DNA from: Escherichia coli
Lineage (GTDB): Bacteria > Pseudomonadota > Gammaproteobacteria > Enterobacterales > Enterobacteriaceae
NCBI RefSeq assembly: GCF_009931435.1
Contig: NZ_CP043414.1
Length of the DNA stretch: 64,000 bases
Strand: one strand, 5' to 3'
The position numbers and the translations under genes were made by a program. Position 1 is the stretch's first letter. Each line of letters starts with the position of its first letter. The notes under the pieces were generated by a model. It ran no database searches, had not been told where the DNA came from, and worked only from the letters and a program-made list of their open reading frames with translations. This document shows, piece by piece, positions 51,772 through 62,466 of the stretch.

Positions 51772-52719
51772 ATGCGTTTATTTTTTTCTCTGCTGATACT
51801 GTTGTCATTTTTTTCCCGTGCAACAGAACCTGTTCAGGTATTTACTGATGATTTAGGGCGCAAAGTCACTGTTCCTGCTCATCCAAAGAGAATTGTCTCT
51901 TTACACGATCTTGATATCACTATTCCTCTGATTGAGCTCGGTGTACCTCCTATCGCCAGCCACGGGCGAACTCGGCCTGACGGTAGCCATTTCATTCGAT
52001 CTGGCGCGTTATTGACAGGTGTCGACTTTGATAATTCATCGATCGCCTTTATTGGTACCGCTGATATTGATATTGAAGCGATTGTGGCGGCAAAGCCTGA
52101 CCTGATCATCACAGAACCGACCCGTAATACGCCCATTGAACAACTTGAAAAAATTGCGCCCACGGTGAGCATTGATCATCTCAAAGGGGGCGCGCCAGAA
52201 ATCTATCGCAAGCTGGCAGAACTTACAGGAACGCAGTCGCAGCTGGCGATACTTGAACGCCGCTATCAGGCACAAATCAATGCGCTGAAGGCGACGCTGG
52301 ACAGCCAAAAAATAACGGTATCGGTGATTCAGGCAAACCAGGGAAAAATTAATGTGATGCATAGCTATCATTCGCTGGGGCGGGTATTACGCGATGCTGG
52401 TTTTCGTTTTCCGCCGCTGATTGAGAGCATTCCTGAAGGTGGGCGAATGGATGTGAGCGCGGAGCGTTTACCTGAACTGGATGCCGATTTTGTTTTTGCA
52501 ACCTGGCGCGGTGACACCGGGGGTAAACCTCAGGATGAGCTGGCAGCAATGGAAAAAGTCATGCCGGGATGGTGTCAGTTTCTGACTGCCTGTCGTTCCG
52601 GGCGTTATGTGCTGATTTCTCGTGAAGAGGCAATTTCTAACTCCTTTGCATCTCTGGGGCTGATGGCTGCGCAGATACAATCACAAATTGCAGGGCGACC
52701 TCTACCGGAGGCTAAATGA
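51772..52719 (+). CDS. Periplasmic siderophore-binding protein (class III, FecB/FhuD-like)
   Basis: ORF track 51709..52719; start MRLFFSLLILLSFFSRA at 51772 with gggag SD; signal peptide. Confidence 0.8.
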   Translation: MRLFFSLLILLSFFSRATEPVQVFTDDLGRKVTVPAHPKRIVSLHDLDITIPLIELGVPPIASHGRTRPDGSHFIRSGALLTGVDFDNSSIAFIGTADIDIEAIVAAKPDLIITEPTRNTPIEQLEKIAPTVSIDHLKGGAPEIYRKLAELTGTQSQLAILERRYQAQINALKATLDSQKITVSVIQANQGKINVMHSYHSLGRVLRDAGFRFPPLIESIPEGGRMDVSAERLPELDADFVFATWRGDTGGKPQDELAAMEKVMPGWCQFLTACRSGRYVLISREEAISNSFASLGLMAAQIQSQIAGRPLPEAK

Positions 52720-53604
52720 TCCAGAAAGATAAAGCGCGGGTTGATATTTTTGGTGAGCGTTTTCGCACTCGCGCGAGTCAGTTAACGCCTGGGTTAAGAG
52801 CTGTCGCCAGCTACATTAATGAGCATCGTGAAGTGGTACTCGAGCAAACGGCGATGGAAATTGCGGCCACGTTGAACACTTCCGATGCCACAGTTATCAG
52901 GGCTATACAGGCCCTGGGGTTTGCCGGGCTGCGTGATCTGAAACGCACTCTGGAACAGTGGCTTGGTCCAGCCCTTAGTTCCAGCGAAAAGATGTCTACG
53001 ACGGTGAGTAACTTGACGAGCGATGTTAACACCGCAATCGACTTTGTTCTTGAAGGGCATTTGTATACCTGTAATGTCCTGTCAGAGCCTGAAAACCGCC
53101 ACGCGCTTGCGCAAGCTGTAGCGTTGTTGGTGCAGGCACGGCAAGTCGCAATTTTTGGCATTGGCGCTTCGGGTATTCTGGCGGACTATACCGCACGACT
53201 ATTCAACCGCATAGGTTTGCCTGCCACGGCACTAAACCGTACGGGTATTGGCCTTGCCGAGCAACTGATCGCGCTTCAACGTGGCGATGTTCTGATCATG
53301 ATGGCGCAAAAATCTGCGCACCGGGAAGGGGTGACAACGCTTCGTGAGGCGAGGCGGCTGGGGAATCCCTGTTATTTTGCTGACAAACGCGCTGGATTCA
53401 CGTTTTAGCAAAGACGCCAGTATCGTGATTCATGTTCCGCGCGGGGATGAAAAAGGGAAAACGCCGCTACATGGTACGGTATTGTTGTGTCTGGAAATGA
53501 TTGTCTGGTCGGTAGCTTCCGCAGTGCCGCAGCGTGCGGTTAAAACCATTAAGCGAATTAACGATTTCCATCGAGGACTGAAAACGGGAAGAAAGAATGG
53601 CTAA
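52716..53604 (+). pseudogene. RpiR/MurR-family regulator (HTH_6 plus SIS domain) interrupted by a +1 frameshift near 53357..53362
   Basis: ORF 52716..53408 ends in NPCYFADKRAGFTF; ORF 53344..53604 in the next frame continues the SIS domain as GIPVILLTNALDSRF...; the two join across a gggg/aa run. Confidence 0.7.
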
Positions 53605-53616
53605 TCTGGGCTGAGA

Positions 53617-53645
53617 CCGGTAGCAGCACCGGCCTCTTTTCAGGA
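53617..53645 (+). terminator. Hairpin after the regulator gene (ccggtagcagcaccgg plus T-rich tail)
   Basis: Inverted repeat seen in sequence between regulator and ygiN. Confidence 0.45.
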
Positions 53646-53648
53646 ATG

Positions 53649-53963
53649 TTAAATCCCCGGTTGCAGGATACGAATATTCATCTCCAGCACGTCGCCTTTT
53701 ACGGCTTCGCTGTACGCCTTCATGTGCGGGGTTTGCAGGTGCGCTTCAAGGTGCGCGATGCTTTCCCACTGCTCAATCATCACGATAGAATCCGGTGCCA
53801 TAGACTGGAAACTCACGCCAGCAGCGCAATCCACCATTGGCGCATAGCCGTGGCAACCTTCTTCTTTCAATACGGTTGGAACGATTTTAGCAAACTGATC
53901 CAACACTGCCTGACGGTGATGTTGACCTGGACGAGTACGGATTTCTGCGATTACTGTAATCAT
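53649..53963 (-). CDS. ygiN: Quinol monooxygenase
   Basis: ORF track 104 aa MITVIAEIRTRPGQHHRQAVLDQF. Confidence 0.9.
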   Translation of the reverse strand: MITVIAEIRTRPGQHHRQAVLDQFAKIVPTVLKEEGCHGYAPMVDCAAGVSFQSMAPDSIVMIEQWESIAHLEAHLQTPHMKAYSEAVKGDVLEMNIRILQPGI

Positions 53964-53993
53964 GGTTAACTCCTTCTAAAGCCAGAGCTCTAG

Positions 53994-54575
53994 TTAACCA
54001 AAAATTTCCACAAGATGCTTGCGATATTCTTCAGTATAGCGGGGAACATCAGGCATTTTTATCACGTCATTAGCGATAAATGTCGGTAGCGGTTCCATAC
54101 CGAGGAATTGGTTTGCTTTATGGAACGGCAGGTACACACCGTCAACACCAACGCCGTGGAAGAACTGATCTTTTTCGGTGAAGGCTTCCATTGGTGCGTT
54201 CCAGGTCAGGGAAAGCATATATTTTTTGCCCTGTATCAGGCCGCCGGAACCGTATTTTTTTGATGGATCTTTGCGGGTACGACCATCGCTGGCATACAGA
54301 GTCCCGTGACCTTCGGTGAATACATCATCAATATATTTTTTCACTGTCCACGGCGCGCCCATCCACCAGCCTGGCATCTGCCAGATCACCACATCAGCCC
54401 AGAGAAAGTTTTGTACTTCGGCTTTGACATCGTAGTCGCTCTCGGCGCGAACAATACGGACATCATGCCCGAGGTCGCGCAGCGTGCCATCCGCGACTTC
54501 GGTCAGGGTGTCGTTCAGTTGACCATTGGAGTGGGCGAATTTTTTCGCGCCGTTGATAATCAGGATGTTGCTCAT
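53994..54575 (-). CDS. mdaB: NADPH:quinone oxidoreductase
   Basis: ORF track 193 aa MSNILIINGAKKFAHSNGQLN. Confidence 0.9.
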   Translation of the reverse strand: MSNILIINGAKKFAHSNGQLNDTLTEVADGTLRDLGHDVRIVRAESDYDVKAEVQNFLWADVVIWQMPGWWMGAPWTVKKYIDDVFTEGHGTLYASDGRTRKDPSKKYGSGGLIQGKKYMLSLTWNAPMEAFTEKDQFFHGVGVDGVYLPFHKANQFLGMEPLPTFIANDVIKMPDVPRYTEEYRKHLVEIFG

Positions 54576-54891
54576 TTTTTAACCTCAAGGTGAGACGTTT
54601 GCCGACTATAGTACGTCACAGAGCGGTACGGTGAAATTAGCAAAATGTGCAAAGTCTTTTGCGAATTTAGCAAAAGTCTGATCTTGCTCCGATTCACCGA
54701 TGCAGGATAAATATTTTCTGAAAATGACAATACTGATAGCCATTCCTCATAATTCCTACTCGCACCGGATTAATTTACAGGTTTGGTTCGGTTTTTTGGG
54801 GATTAAAAATATGGCGTTGGATAAGTAAAAATGAAAATATCAACGCGTCACGTTGATAATTATAAATGGATTTTTATGAGCGTGCTAACAT

Positions 54892-55224
54892 ATGTTAAAG
54901 CATAAAATTCAAACAATATTTGAAGCTCTGTTATATATAGTGCTTACTTATTGGTTAATAGATGCTTTTTTTGCATTCAATAAGTATGACTGGATGCTTG
55001 AGTCGGGAGACAATATTTGCAGTATACCTTCCGTTTCAGGCGAAGATCGTATATTGCAAACAATGATTGCAGCATTTTTTCTTCTGACGCCACTTATTAT
55101 TCTTATCTTAAGAAAACTCTTTGTGCGAGAAATCTTTGAGTTTTGGTTATATGTAATCTCGCTCGTTATTTGTTTGGTTTGTGGTTGGTGGCTTTTTTGG
55201 GGACGGTTTATATTTTGCTATTAA
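54892..55224 (+). CDS. ygiZ: Inner-membrane protein
   Basis: ORF track 110 aa, 3 predicted TM segments. Confidence 0.7.
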   Translation: MLKHKIQTIFEALLYIVLTYWLIDAFFAFNKYDWMLESGDNICSIPSVSGEDRILQTMIAAFFLLTPLIILILRKLFVREIFEFWLYVISLVICLVCGWWLFWGRFIFCY

Positions 55225-55269
55225 TAAAATCTATGAGAGTCGTTTTAACGGCTCTCATAGACAGAGAAG

Positions 55270-56619
55270 TTACCAGCTTACTTTCGCCTCAAATCCACCT
55301 TGTTCCGCATTCCCAAACTCAACATTCATGCCATGCAGCTTGGCGATTCGCTGGACAATTGAAAGCCCAAGTCCACTGCCGGTAGCGGTTTGTCCGGGTG
55401 GGCGATAGAAGCGTTCGCCAATTCTCGCCAGTGCCTCTGGTGTCACACCGGGGCCGTTATCCCTCACGATGAAATTATCGGCATTCAGCGTGACGTCCAC
55501 CACGCTACCTTGTGGACTGTAGCGCACGGCGTTATCCAGCAAATTTCGCACCAACAAACTTAGCAATAGCGGTTGTCCGGTGCGTTTGATGCCGTGGGCA
55601 TTGAGTGTCAGTCGCACGTCAATTTTTGCCTGCTGCGCCGTGTGGTAAATATCCATCACCGACGATTGCAGGAGATCTTCAAGCGGGATCTCCGCGACGT
55701 CCTGAAGGTTATCCAGTGAGTCCAGCCGCGATAGCGTGAGCAGTTGATCAACCAGACGAGTAGCACGATCGATCCCGGAATGTAATTGGAGCAGCGCTTT
55801 TTTCCGCGCCTGCGGATCATCGTCAGAGAGCTGCGCAACTTCGGTTTGCACTTTCAGCGCCGTTAACGGGCTTCGTAGTTCATGCGCTGCGTCGGAGGTA
55901 AAGCGTCGTTCACGAACCATCATCGCATGTGTGCGGGCGAACAGTTGATTTAGCGACTCAACCAGTGGACGCACTTCGCTGGGTACGCCCGTCGCGTTTA
56001 GTGGTTTTTCCGAGTCAGGGTCACGCATACGTAGTGCCAGCGCCAGTTTGTTCAGCGGCGCGAGTTCACGACCCAGTAGTACCATCATGATGATTAACAT
56101 AATCGGCAGTGCGACAAGCCACGGGATCAATTGCCCGGCAACAATTGCCAGCGCCATGTCTTCGCGGTATTCCCATTCCTGACCAACAACGATGCGATAT
56201 TTGCCATCAGGTGAGGTCATCCAGACAAAACGCCAGGGATCGTCTTCACCGACCAGTTGCCCGTCAGCAAAACCTTCCCGTTGATAGCTATAGGGAATAT
56301 CTTCTCCGTTATCCCCATCATTAAGGACCATTCTGCCGTCGTGGGTAAAGATGGCAAAGGTCAGCGCATCGTCATCAACATGACCGTGTTTTAATTTATT
56401 TGGCGTCTGTGCCATGCGATCCGCCGCGTTGATTTCGTTGAGATCGAGCGTACTTAACCGTTTGGCAAACAGCATCAGTTGGGTGTCGAACAACTCATCG
56501 ACGTTATCCGTTGTTTGTTTCCAGGCGACAAAGCTGGAAAGCAGCCAGGTCACCGAGGCCAGAATTAAAAAGATTAGCGTCAGCCTGACTCGCAGACTAA
56601 GACGTTGGGTAAATTTCAT
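55270..56619 (-). CDS. qseC: Quorum-sensing sensor histidine kinase
   Basis: ORF track 449 aa; H-box AAHELRSPL, HATPase motifs. Confidence 0.9.
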   Translation of the reverse strand: MKFTQRLSLRVRLTLIFLILASVTWLLSSFVAWKQTTDNVDELFDTQLMLFAKRLSTLDLNEINAADRMAQTPNKLKHGHVDDDALTFAIFTHDGRMVLNDGDNGEDIPYSYQREGFADGQLVGEDDPWRFVWMTSPDGKYRIVVGQEWEYREDMALAIVAGQLIPWLVALPIMLIIMMVLLGRELAPLNKLALALRMRDPDSEKPLNATGVPSEVRPLVESLNQLFARTHAMMVRERRFTSDAAHELRSPLTALKVQTEVAQLSDDDPQARKKALLQLHSGIDRATRLVDQLLTLSRLDSLDNLQDVAEIPLEDLLQSSVMDIYHTAQQAKIDVRLTLNAHGIKRTGQPLLLSLLVRNLLDNAVRYSPQGSVVDVTLNADNFIVRDNGPGVTPEALARIGERFYRPPGQTATGSGLGLSIVQRIAKLHGMNVEFGNAEQGGFEAKVSW

Positions 56620-57275
56620 TTCTCACCTAATGTGTAGCCAATACCATGAACGGTACGAATAAAATCACTGCCGAGTTTGCGTCGCAGATGATGTACATGC
56701 ACTTCAACGGCATTACTGGTGACCTCTTCGTCCCAGGTATACAGTTTCTCTTCAATCAGTTTGCGCGGCAGTACCCGACCAGCGTTACGCATCAGTAATT
56801 CCAGCAGGGCAAATTCTTTTGGTTTCAGCGTTAAGGGTTCGCCAGCCAGCGTGGCGATACGTTTGCCGGGGTCGAGCATGACGTTACCGTGGCGCAGCTC
56901 GTTGCTGGCCTGGCCGTTGGTTCGGCGCATCAGAGCTTCCAGCCTGGCGGCGACTTCTATCAACGCAAAAGGTTTACACAGATAATCGTCAGCTCCCAGA
57001 CGCAGCCCTTCTACACGTTCCGCCAGCGCATCGCGCGCAGTCAGGATTAATACCGGCTCACGCTGACCTTTTTCTCGCCATTCGCGCAAAATATCGCGAC
57101 CATCCATGCCCGGTAAGGTTAAATCCAGGATCACCGCATCATAAGGTGCGCTATATAGCGCCTCTTTTCCCTGACGACCTTGTGTAAACCAGTCGACGCT
57201 AAAACCCATTTTACTAAGGCCCGTTTTGATGCCGTCGCCAATCAGCATGTCATCTTCTATCAGTAAAATTCGCAT
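56616..57275 (-). CDS. qseB: Response regulator (OmpR family)
   Basis: ORF track 219 aa [15 protein letters not shown]; overlaps qseC by 4 nt. Confidence 0.9.
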   Translation of the reverse strand: MRILLIEDDMLIGDGIKTGLSKMGFSVDWFTQGRQGKEALYSAPYDAVILDLTLPGMDGRDILREWREKGQREPVLILTARDALAERVEGLRLGADDYLCKPFALIEVAARLEALMRRTNGQASNELRHGNVMLDPGKRIATLAGEPLTLKPKEFALLELLMRNAGRVLPRKLIEEKLYTWDEEVTSNAVEVHVHHLRRKLGSDFIRTVHGIGYTLGEK

Positions 57276-57426
57276 TTTTTCATCCCTGCGATAACCATAT
57301 TTGCTGCCAGTAAACCGTGTTGTAACGCGCTCTGTACAGCACTAAATTTTATTTTTTTCCCTTAAGAAGTTGTTAAGGACTATCTTGTTAAATGCTCGAA
57401 AACAGACATTAAAGGGAGTAATAAAC

Positions 57427-57819
57427 ATGAAAAAATTCGCAGCAGTAATCGCAGTAATGGCCCTGTGCAGTGCACCGGTGATGGCAGCAGAGCAGGGCGG
57501 TTTTTCTGGTCCATCGGCAACACAAAGTCAGGCCGGAGGATTCCAGGGGCCGAATGGCAGCGTAACGACCGTAGAAAGCGCAAAATCCCTGCGTGATGAC
57601 ACTTGGGTCACCCTGCGCGGCAATATCGTTGAACGTATCTCTGACGATCTCTACGTGTTCAAAGATGCCAGCGGTACTATCAATGTTGATATCGACCACA
57701 AACGCTGGAACGGCGTGACGGTGACCCCGAAAGATACCGTTGAGATTCAGGGTGAAGTCGATAAAGACTGGAACTCTGCTGAAATTGACGTCAAACAGAT
57801 CCGCAAAGTAAATCCGTAA
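57427..57819 (+). CDS. ygiW: BOF-family periplasmic OB-fold protein
   Basis: ORF track 57370..57819; start MKKFAAVIAVMALCSAPVMA at 57427. Confidence 0.85.
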   Translation: MKKFAAVIAVMALCSAPVMAAEQGGFSGPSATQSQAGGFQGPNGSVTTVESAKSLRDDTWVTLRGNIVERISDDLYVFKDASGTINVDIDHKRWNGVTVTPKDTVEIQGEVDKDWNSAEIDVKQIRKVNP

Positions 57820-57871
57820 TTGTTAGCGCTCCCGGGACACGTTCCCGGGAATAATTTCGCAGGGAGGCAAA

Positions 57872-58354
57872 ATGAAAAACCTGACACTGGATGTAAATAT
57901 TATCGATTTCCCATCAATCCCTGTGGCGATGTTGCCACATCGCTGTAGCCCTGAATTGCTCAACTACAGCGTGGCGAAATTTATCATGTGGCGTAAAGAA
58001 ACGGGGCTTTCTCCTGTTAACCAAAGCCAGACTTTTGGTGTCGCCTGGGATGACCCTGCCACCACCGTACCGGAAGCGTTTCGCTTTGATATCTGCGGCA
58101 GCGTTAACGAACCGATTCCCGATAATCGTTATGGCGTGAGTAATGGTGAACTTACCGGTGGACGTTATGCCGTGGCCCGCCACGTTGGCGAGCTGGACGA
58201 TATTTCACATACGGTATGGGGCATCATTCGCCACTGGCTGCCTGCAAGCGGCGAGAAAATGCGTAAAGCACCGATTCTGTTTCACTACACCAATCTTGCC
58301 GAAGGGGTAACAGAGCAGCGACTGGAAACGGATGTTTATGTGCCGTTGGCGTGA
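57872..58354 (+). CDS. ygiV: GyrI-like effector-binding domain protein
   Basis: ORF track 160 aa. Confidence 0.8.
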   Translation: MKNLTLDVNIIDFPSIPVAMLPHRCSPELLNYSVAKFIMWRKETGLSPVNQSQTFGVAWDDPATTVPEAFRFDICGSVNEPIPDNRYGVSNGELTGGRYAVARHVGELDDISHTVWGIIRHWLPASGEKMRKAPILFHYTNLAEGVTEQRLETDVYVPLA

Positions 58355-58462
58355 TGAAGAATCTTTACCGGAGTGTGAGCCAAATCACTCGCGATAAGTT
58401 TGAGCGAACAATGCCACAGGCGTATTGTTGTTGGGCTTATAATTTCTCCGGTAAGGAATACC

Positions 58463-60070
58463 ATGTATACGCGAAATTTATTATGGCTGGTCAGCCTGGT
58501 AAGTGCGGCTCCTCTCTACGCTGCTGACGTTCCCGCCAACACACCGCTCGCCCCGCAACAAGTCTTTCGTTACAACAATCATAGCGACCCAGGTACGCTC
58601 GACCCGCAAAAGGTGGAGGAGAATACTGCCGCGCAGATTGTGCTGGATCTGTTTGAAGGTCTGGTATGGATGGACGGTGAAGGCCAGGTGCAGCCCGCTC
58701 AGGCTGAACGCTGGGAGATACTGGACGGCGGCAAGCGCTATATTTTCCATCTGCGTAGAGGTTTGCAGTGGTCAGACGGTCAGCCTCTGACGGCAGAGGA
58801 TTTTGTCCTCGGCTGGCAGCGCGCGGTTGACCCGAAAACGGCAAGCCCTTTTGCTGGCTATCTGGCACAGGCGCACATTAACAATGCCGCGGCTATTGTT
58901 GCGGGTAAAGCAGATGTTACATCGCTGGGTGTCAAAGCGATGGATGATCGTACTATTGAAGTTACGCTTGAGCAGCCGGTTCCTTGGTTCACGACGATGC
59001 TCGCCTGGCCGACGCTGTTCCCGGTTCCCCATCATGTAATCGCGAAATATGGCGATAGCTGGAGTAAGCCTGCGCATATGGTTTACAACGGTGCCTTTGT
59101 GCTTGATAAATGGGTAGTTAACGAAAAGATTACTGCACGCAAAAATCCAAAGTACCGCGATGCGCAACATACGGTATTGCAACAGGTTGAGTATCTGGCG
59201 CTGGATAATTCGGTCACCGGCTATAACCGCTATCGCGCGGGAGAGGTCGATCTCACCTGGGTTCCGGCACAGCAAATTCCTGCCATTGAAAAATCACTGC
59301 CTGGCGAGCTACGAATTATCCCGCGTCTGAACAGCGAATATTACAACTTTAACCTTGAGAAACCGCCATTTAACGATGTGCGGGTGCGTCGGGCGCTATA
59401 TCTTACGGTTGATCGACAGCTTATTGCGCAAAAGGTACTGGGGTTGAGAACGCCCGCAACCACGCTGACGCCGCCAGAGGTAAAAGGCTTTAGCGCGACG
59501 ACGTTCGATGAACTGCAAAAGCCAATGAGTGAGCGTGTCGCGATGGCAAAAGCCTTGCTGAAACAGGCGGGATACGACGCCTCTCATCCGCTACGCTTTG
59601 AGCTGTTCTACAACAAGTACGATCTGCATGAAAAAACCGCGATAGCGTTGTCTTCCGAATGGAAAAAATGGCTGGGTGCACAGGTGACGCTGCGCACAAT
59701 GGAGTGGAAAACCTATCTTGATGCCCGACGAACCGGTGATTTCATGCTGTCTCGGCAGTCGTGGGATGCGACGTACAATGATGCTTCCAGCTTTCTGAGC
59801 ACGCTCAAAAGCGATAGTGAAGAAAACGTCGGTCACTGGAAAAATGCGCAGTATGACGCCTTACTAAACCAGGCCACGCAGATCACTGATGCGACAAAGC
59901 GTAATGCGTTGTATCAGCAGGCAGAAGTAATCATCAACCAGCAGGCACCGCTGATTCCTATCTACTATCAGCCGTTAATCAAACTGCTTAAACCCTACGT
60001 TGGCGGTTTTCCGCTGCATAATCCCCAGGATTATGTCTACAGCAAAGAGTTGTATATCAAGGCACATTGA
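58463..60070 (+). CDS. ygiS: Periplasmic solute-binding protein (family 5, oligopeptide/deoxycholate type)
   Basis: ORF track 58400..60070; start MYTRNLLWLVSLVSAAPLYA at 58463. Confidence 0.85.
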   Translation: MYTRNLLWLVSLVSAAPLYAADVPANTPLAPQQVFRYNNHSDPGTLDPQKVEENTAAQIVLDLFEGLVWMDGEGQVQPAQAERWEILDGGKRYIFHLRRGLQWSDGQPLTAEDFVLGWQRAVDPKTASPFAGYLAQAHINNAAAIVAGKADVTSLGVKAMDDRTIEVTLEQPVPWFTTMLAWPTLFPVPHHVIAKYGDSWSKPAHMVYNGAFVLDKWVVNEKITARKNPKYRDAQHTVLQQVEYLALDNSVTGYNRYRAGEVDLTWVPAQQIPAIEKSLPGELRIIPRLNSEYYNFNLEKPPFNDVRVRRALYLTVDRQLIAQKVLGLRTPATTLTPPEVKGFSATTFDELQKPMSERVAMAKALLKQAGYDASHPLRFELFYNKYDLHEKTAIALSSEWKKWLGAQVTLRTMEWKTYLDARRTGDFMLSRQSWDATYNDASSFLSTLKSDSEENVGHWKNAQYDALLNQATQITDATKRNALYQQAEVIINQQAPLIPIYYQPLIKLLKPYVGGFPLHNPQDYVYSKELYIKAH

Positions 60071-60207
60071 TGCCTTTATCGCCGTCGGAGCACGTCCGGC
60101 GGCGCTATTCACGCTGATCTCCTGTGACTCGACGCGGCAGATAATGTAGTATCTCCGGCAATATTGCCCCTTTGAAGGCTGGCGAATAAGTTGAGGAATC
60201 AGAATTA

Positions 60208-62466
60208 ATGAGCGATATGGCAGAGCGCCTTGCGCTACATGAATTTACGGAAAACGCCTACTTAAATTACTCCATGTACGTAATCATGGACCGTGCGTTG
60301 CCGTTTATTGGTGATGGTCTGAAACCTGTTCAGCGCCGCATTGTGTATGCGATGTCTGAACTGGGACTAAATGCCAGCGCCAAATTTAAAAAATCGGCCC
60401 GTACCGTCGGTGACGTACTGGGTAAATACCATCCGCACGGCGATAGCGCTTGTTATGAAGCGATGGTCCTGATGGCACAGCCGTTCTCTTACCGTTATCC
60501 GCTGGTTGATGGTCAGGGGAACTGGGGCGCGCCGGACGATCCGAAATCGTTCGCAGCAATGCGTTACACCGAATCCCGGTTGTCGAAATATTCCGAGCTG
60601 CTATTGAGCGAGCTGGGGCAGGGTACGGCTGACTGGGTGCCAAACTTCGACGGTACTTTGCAGGAGCCGAAAATGCTACCTGCCCGTCTGCCAAACATTT
60701 TGCTTAACGGCACCACCGGTATTGCCGTCGGCATGGCGACCGATATTCCACCGCATAACCTGCGTGAAGTGGCTCAGGCGGCAATCGCATTAATCGACCA
60801 GCCGAAAACCACGCTCGACCAGCTGCTGGATATCGTGCAGGGGCCGGATTATCCGACCGAAGCGGAAATCATCACCTCGCGTGCCGAGATCCGTAAAATC
60901 TACGAAAATGGTCGCGGTTCTGTGCGTATGCGCGCGGTGTGGAAGAAAGAAGACGGTGCGGTGGTTATCAGCGCATTGCCGCATCAGGTTTCTGGTGCGC
61001 GCGTACTGGAGCAAATTGCTGCGCAAATGCGCAACAAAAAGCTGCCGATGGTTGACGATCTGCGCGATGAGTCTGACCACGAGAACCCGACCCGTCTGGT
61101 GATTGTGCCGCGTTCCAACCGCGTGGATATGGATCAGGTGATGAACCACCTCTTCGCAACCACCGATCTGGAAAAGAGCTATCGTATTAACCTCAATATG
61201 ATCGGTCTGGATGGGCGTCCGGCGGTGAAAAACCTGCTGGAAATCCTTTCCGAATGGCTGGTGTTCCGCCGTGATACCGTGCGCCGCCGTCTGAACTATC
61301 GTCTGGAGAAAGTCCTCAAGCGCCTGCATATTCTGGAAGGTTTGCTGGTGGCGTTTCTCAATATCGACGAAGTGATTGAGATCATTCGCAATGAAGATGA
61401 ACCGAAACCGGCGCTGATGTCGCGCTTTGGCCTCACGGAAACTCAGGCGGAAGCGATCCTCGAACTGAAACTGCGTCATCTCGCCAAACTGGAAGAGATG
61501 AAGATTCGCGGTGAGCAGAGTGAGCTGGAAAAAGAGCGCGACCAGTTGCAGGGCATTTTGGCTTCCGAGCGTAAAATGAATAACCTGCTGAAGAAAGAAC
61601 TGCAGGCAGACGCGCAAGCCTACGGTGACGATCGTCGTTCGCCGTTGCAGGAACGCGAAGAAGCGAAAGCGATGAGCGAGCACGACATGTTGCCGTCTGA
61701 ACCTGTCACCATTGTGCTGTCGCAGATGGGCTGGGTACGCAGCGCTAAAGGCCATGACATCGACGCGCCGGGCCTGAATTATAAAGCGGGTGATAGTTTC
61801 AAAGCAGCGGTGAAAGGCAAGAGTAACCAACCGGTAGTGTTTGTTGATTCCACCGGTCGTAGCTATGCCATCGACCCGATTACGCTGCCGTCGGCGCGTG
61901 GTCAGGGCGAACCGCTCACCGGCAAATTAACGTTGCCGCCTGGGGCGACCGTTGACCATATGCTGATGGAAAGCGACGATCAGAAACTGCTGATGGCTTC
62001 CGATGCGGGTTACGGTTTCGTCTGTACCTTTAACGATCTGGTGGCGCGTAACCGTGCAGGTAAGGCTTTGATCACCTTACCGGAAAATGCCCATGTTATG
62101 CCGCCGGTGGTGATTGAAGATGCTTCCGATATGCTGCTGGCAATCACTCAGGCAGGCCGTATGTTGATGTTCCCGGTAAGCGATCTGCCGCAGCTGTCGA
62201 AGGGCAAAGGCAACAAGATTATCAACATTCCGTCGGCAGAAGCCGCGCGTGGCGAGGATGGTCTGGCGCAACTGTACGTTCTGCCGCCGCAAAGCACGCT
62301 GACCATTCATGTTGGGAAACGCAAAATTAAACTGCGTCCGGAAGAGCTACAGAAAGTCACTGGCGAACGTGGACGCCGCGGTACGTTGATGCGCGGTTTG
62401 CAGCGTATCGATCGTGTCGAGATCGACTCTCCTCGCCGCGCCAGCAGCGGCGATAGCGAAGAGTAG
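60208..62466 (+). CDS. parC: DNA topoisomerase IV subunit A
   Basis: ORF track 752 aa; active-site region [10 protein letters not shown]. Confidence 0.97.

Noticed and set aside
53344-53604. 86-aa ORF that could be read as a separate small gene after the regulator
   Set aside because: Its sequence is the C-terminal continuation of the SIS domain, so it is the downstream half of the frameshifted regulator
60790-61830. 346-aa minus-strand ORF antisense to parC
   Set aside because: Histidine/arginine-rich antisense artefact inside a highly conserved gene
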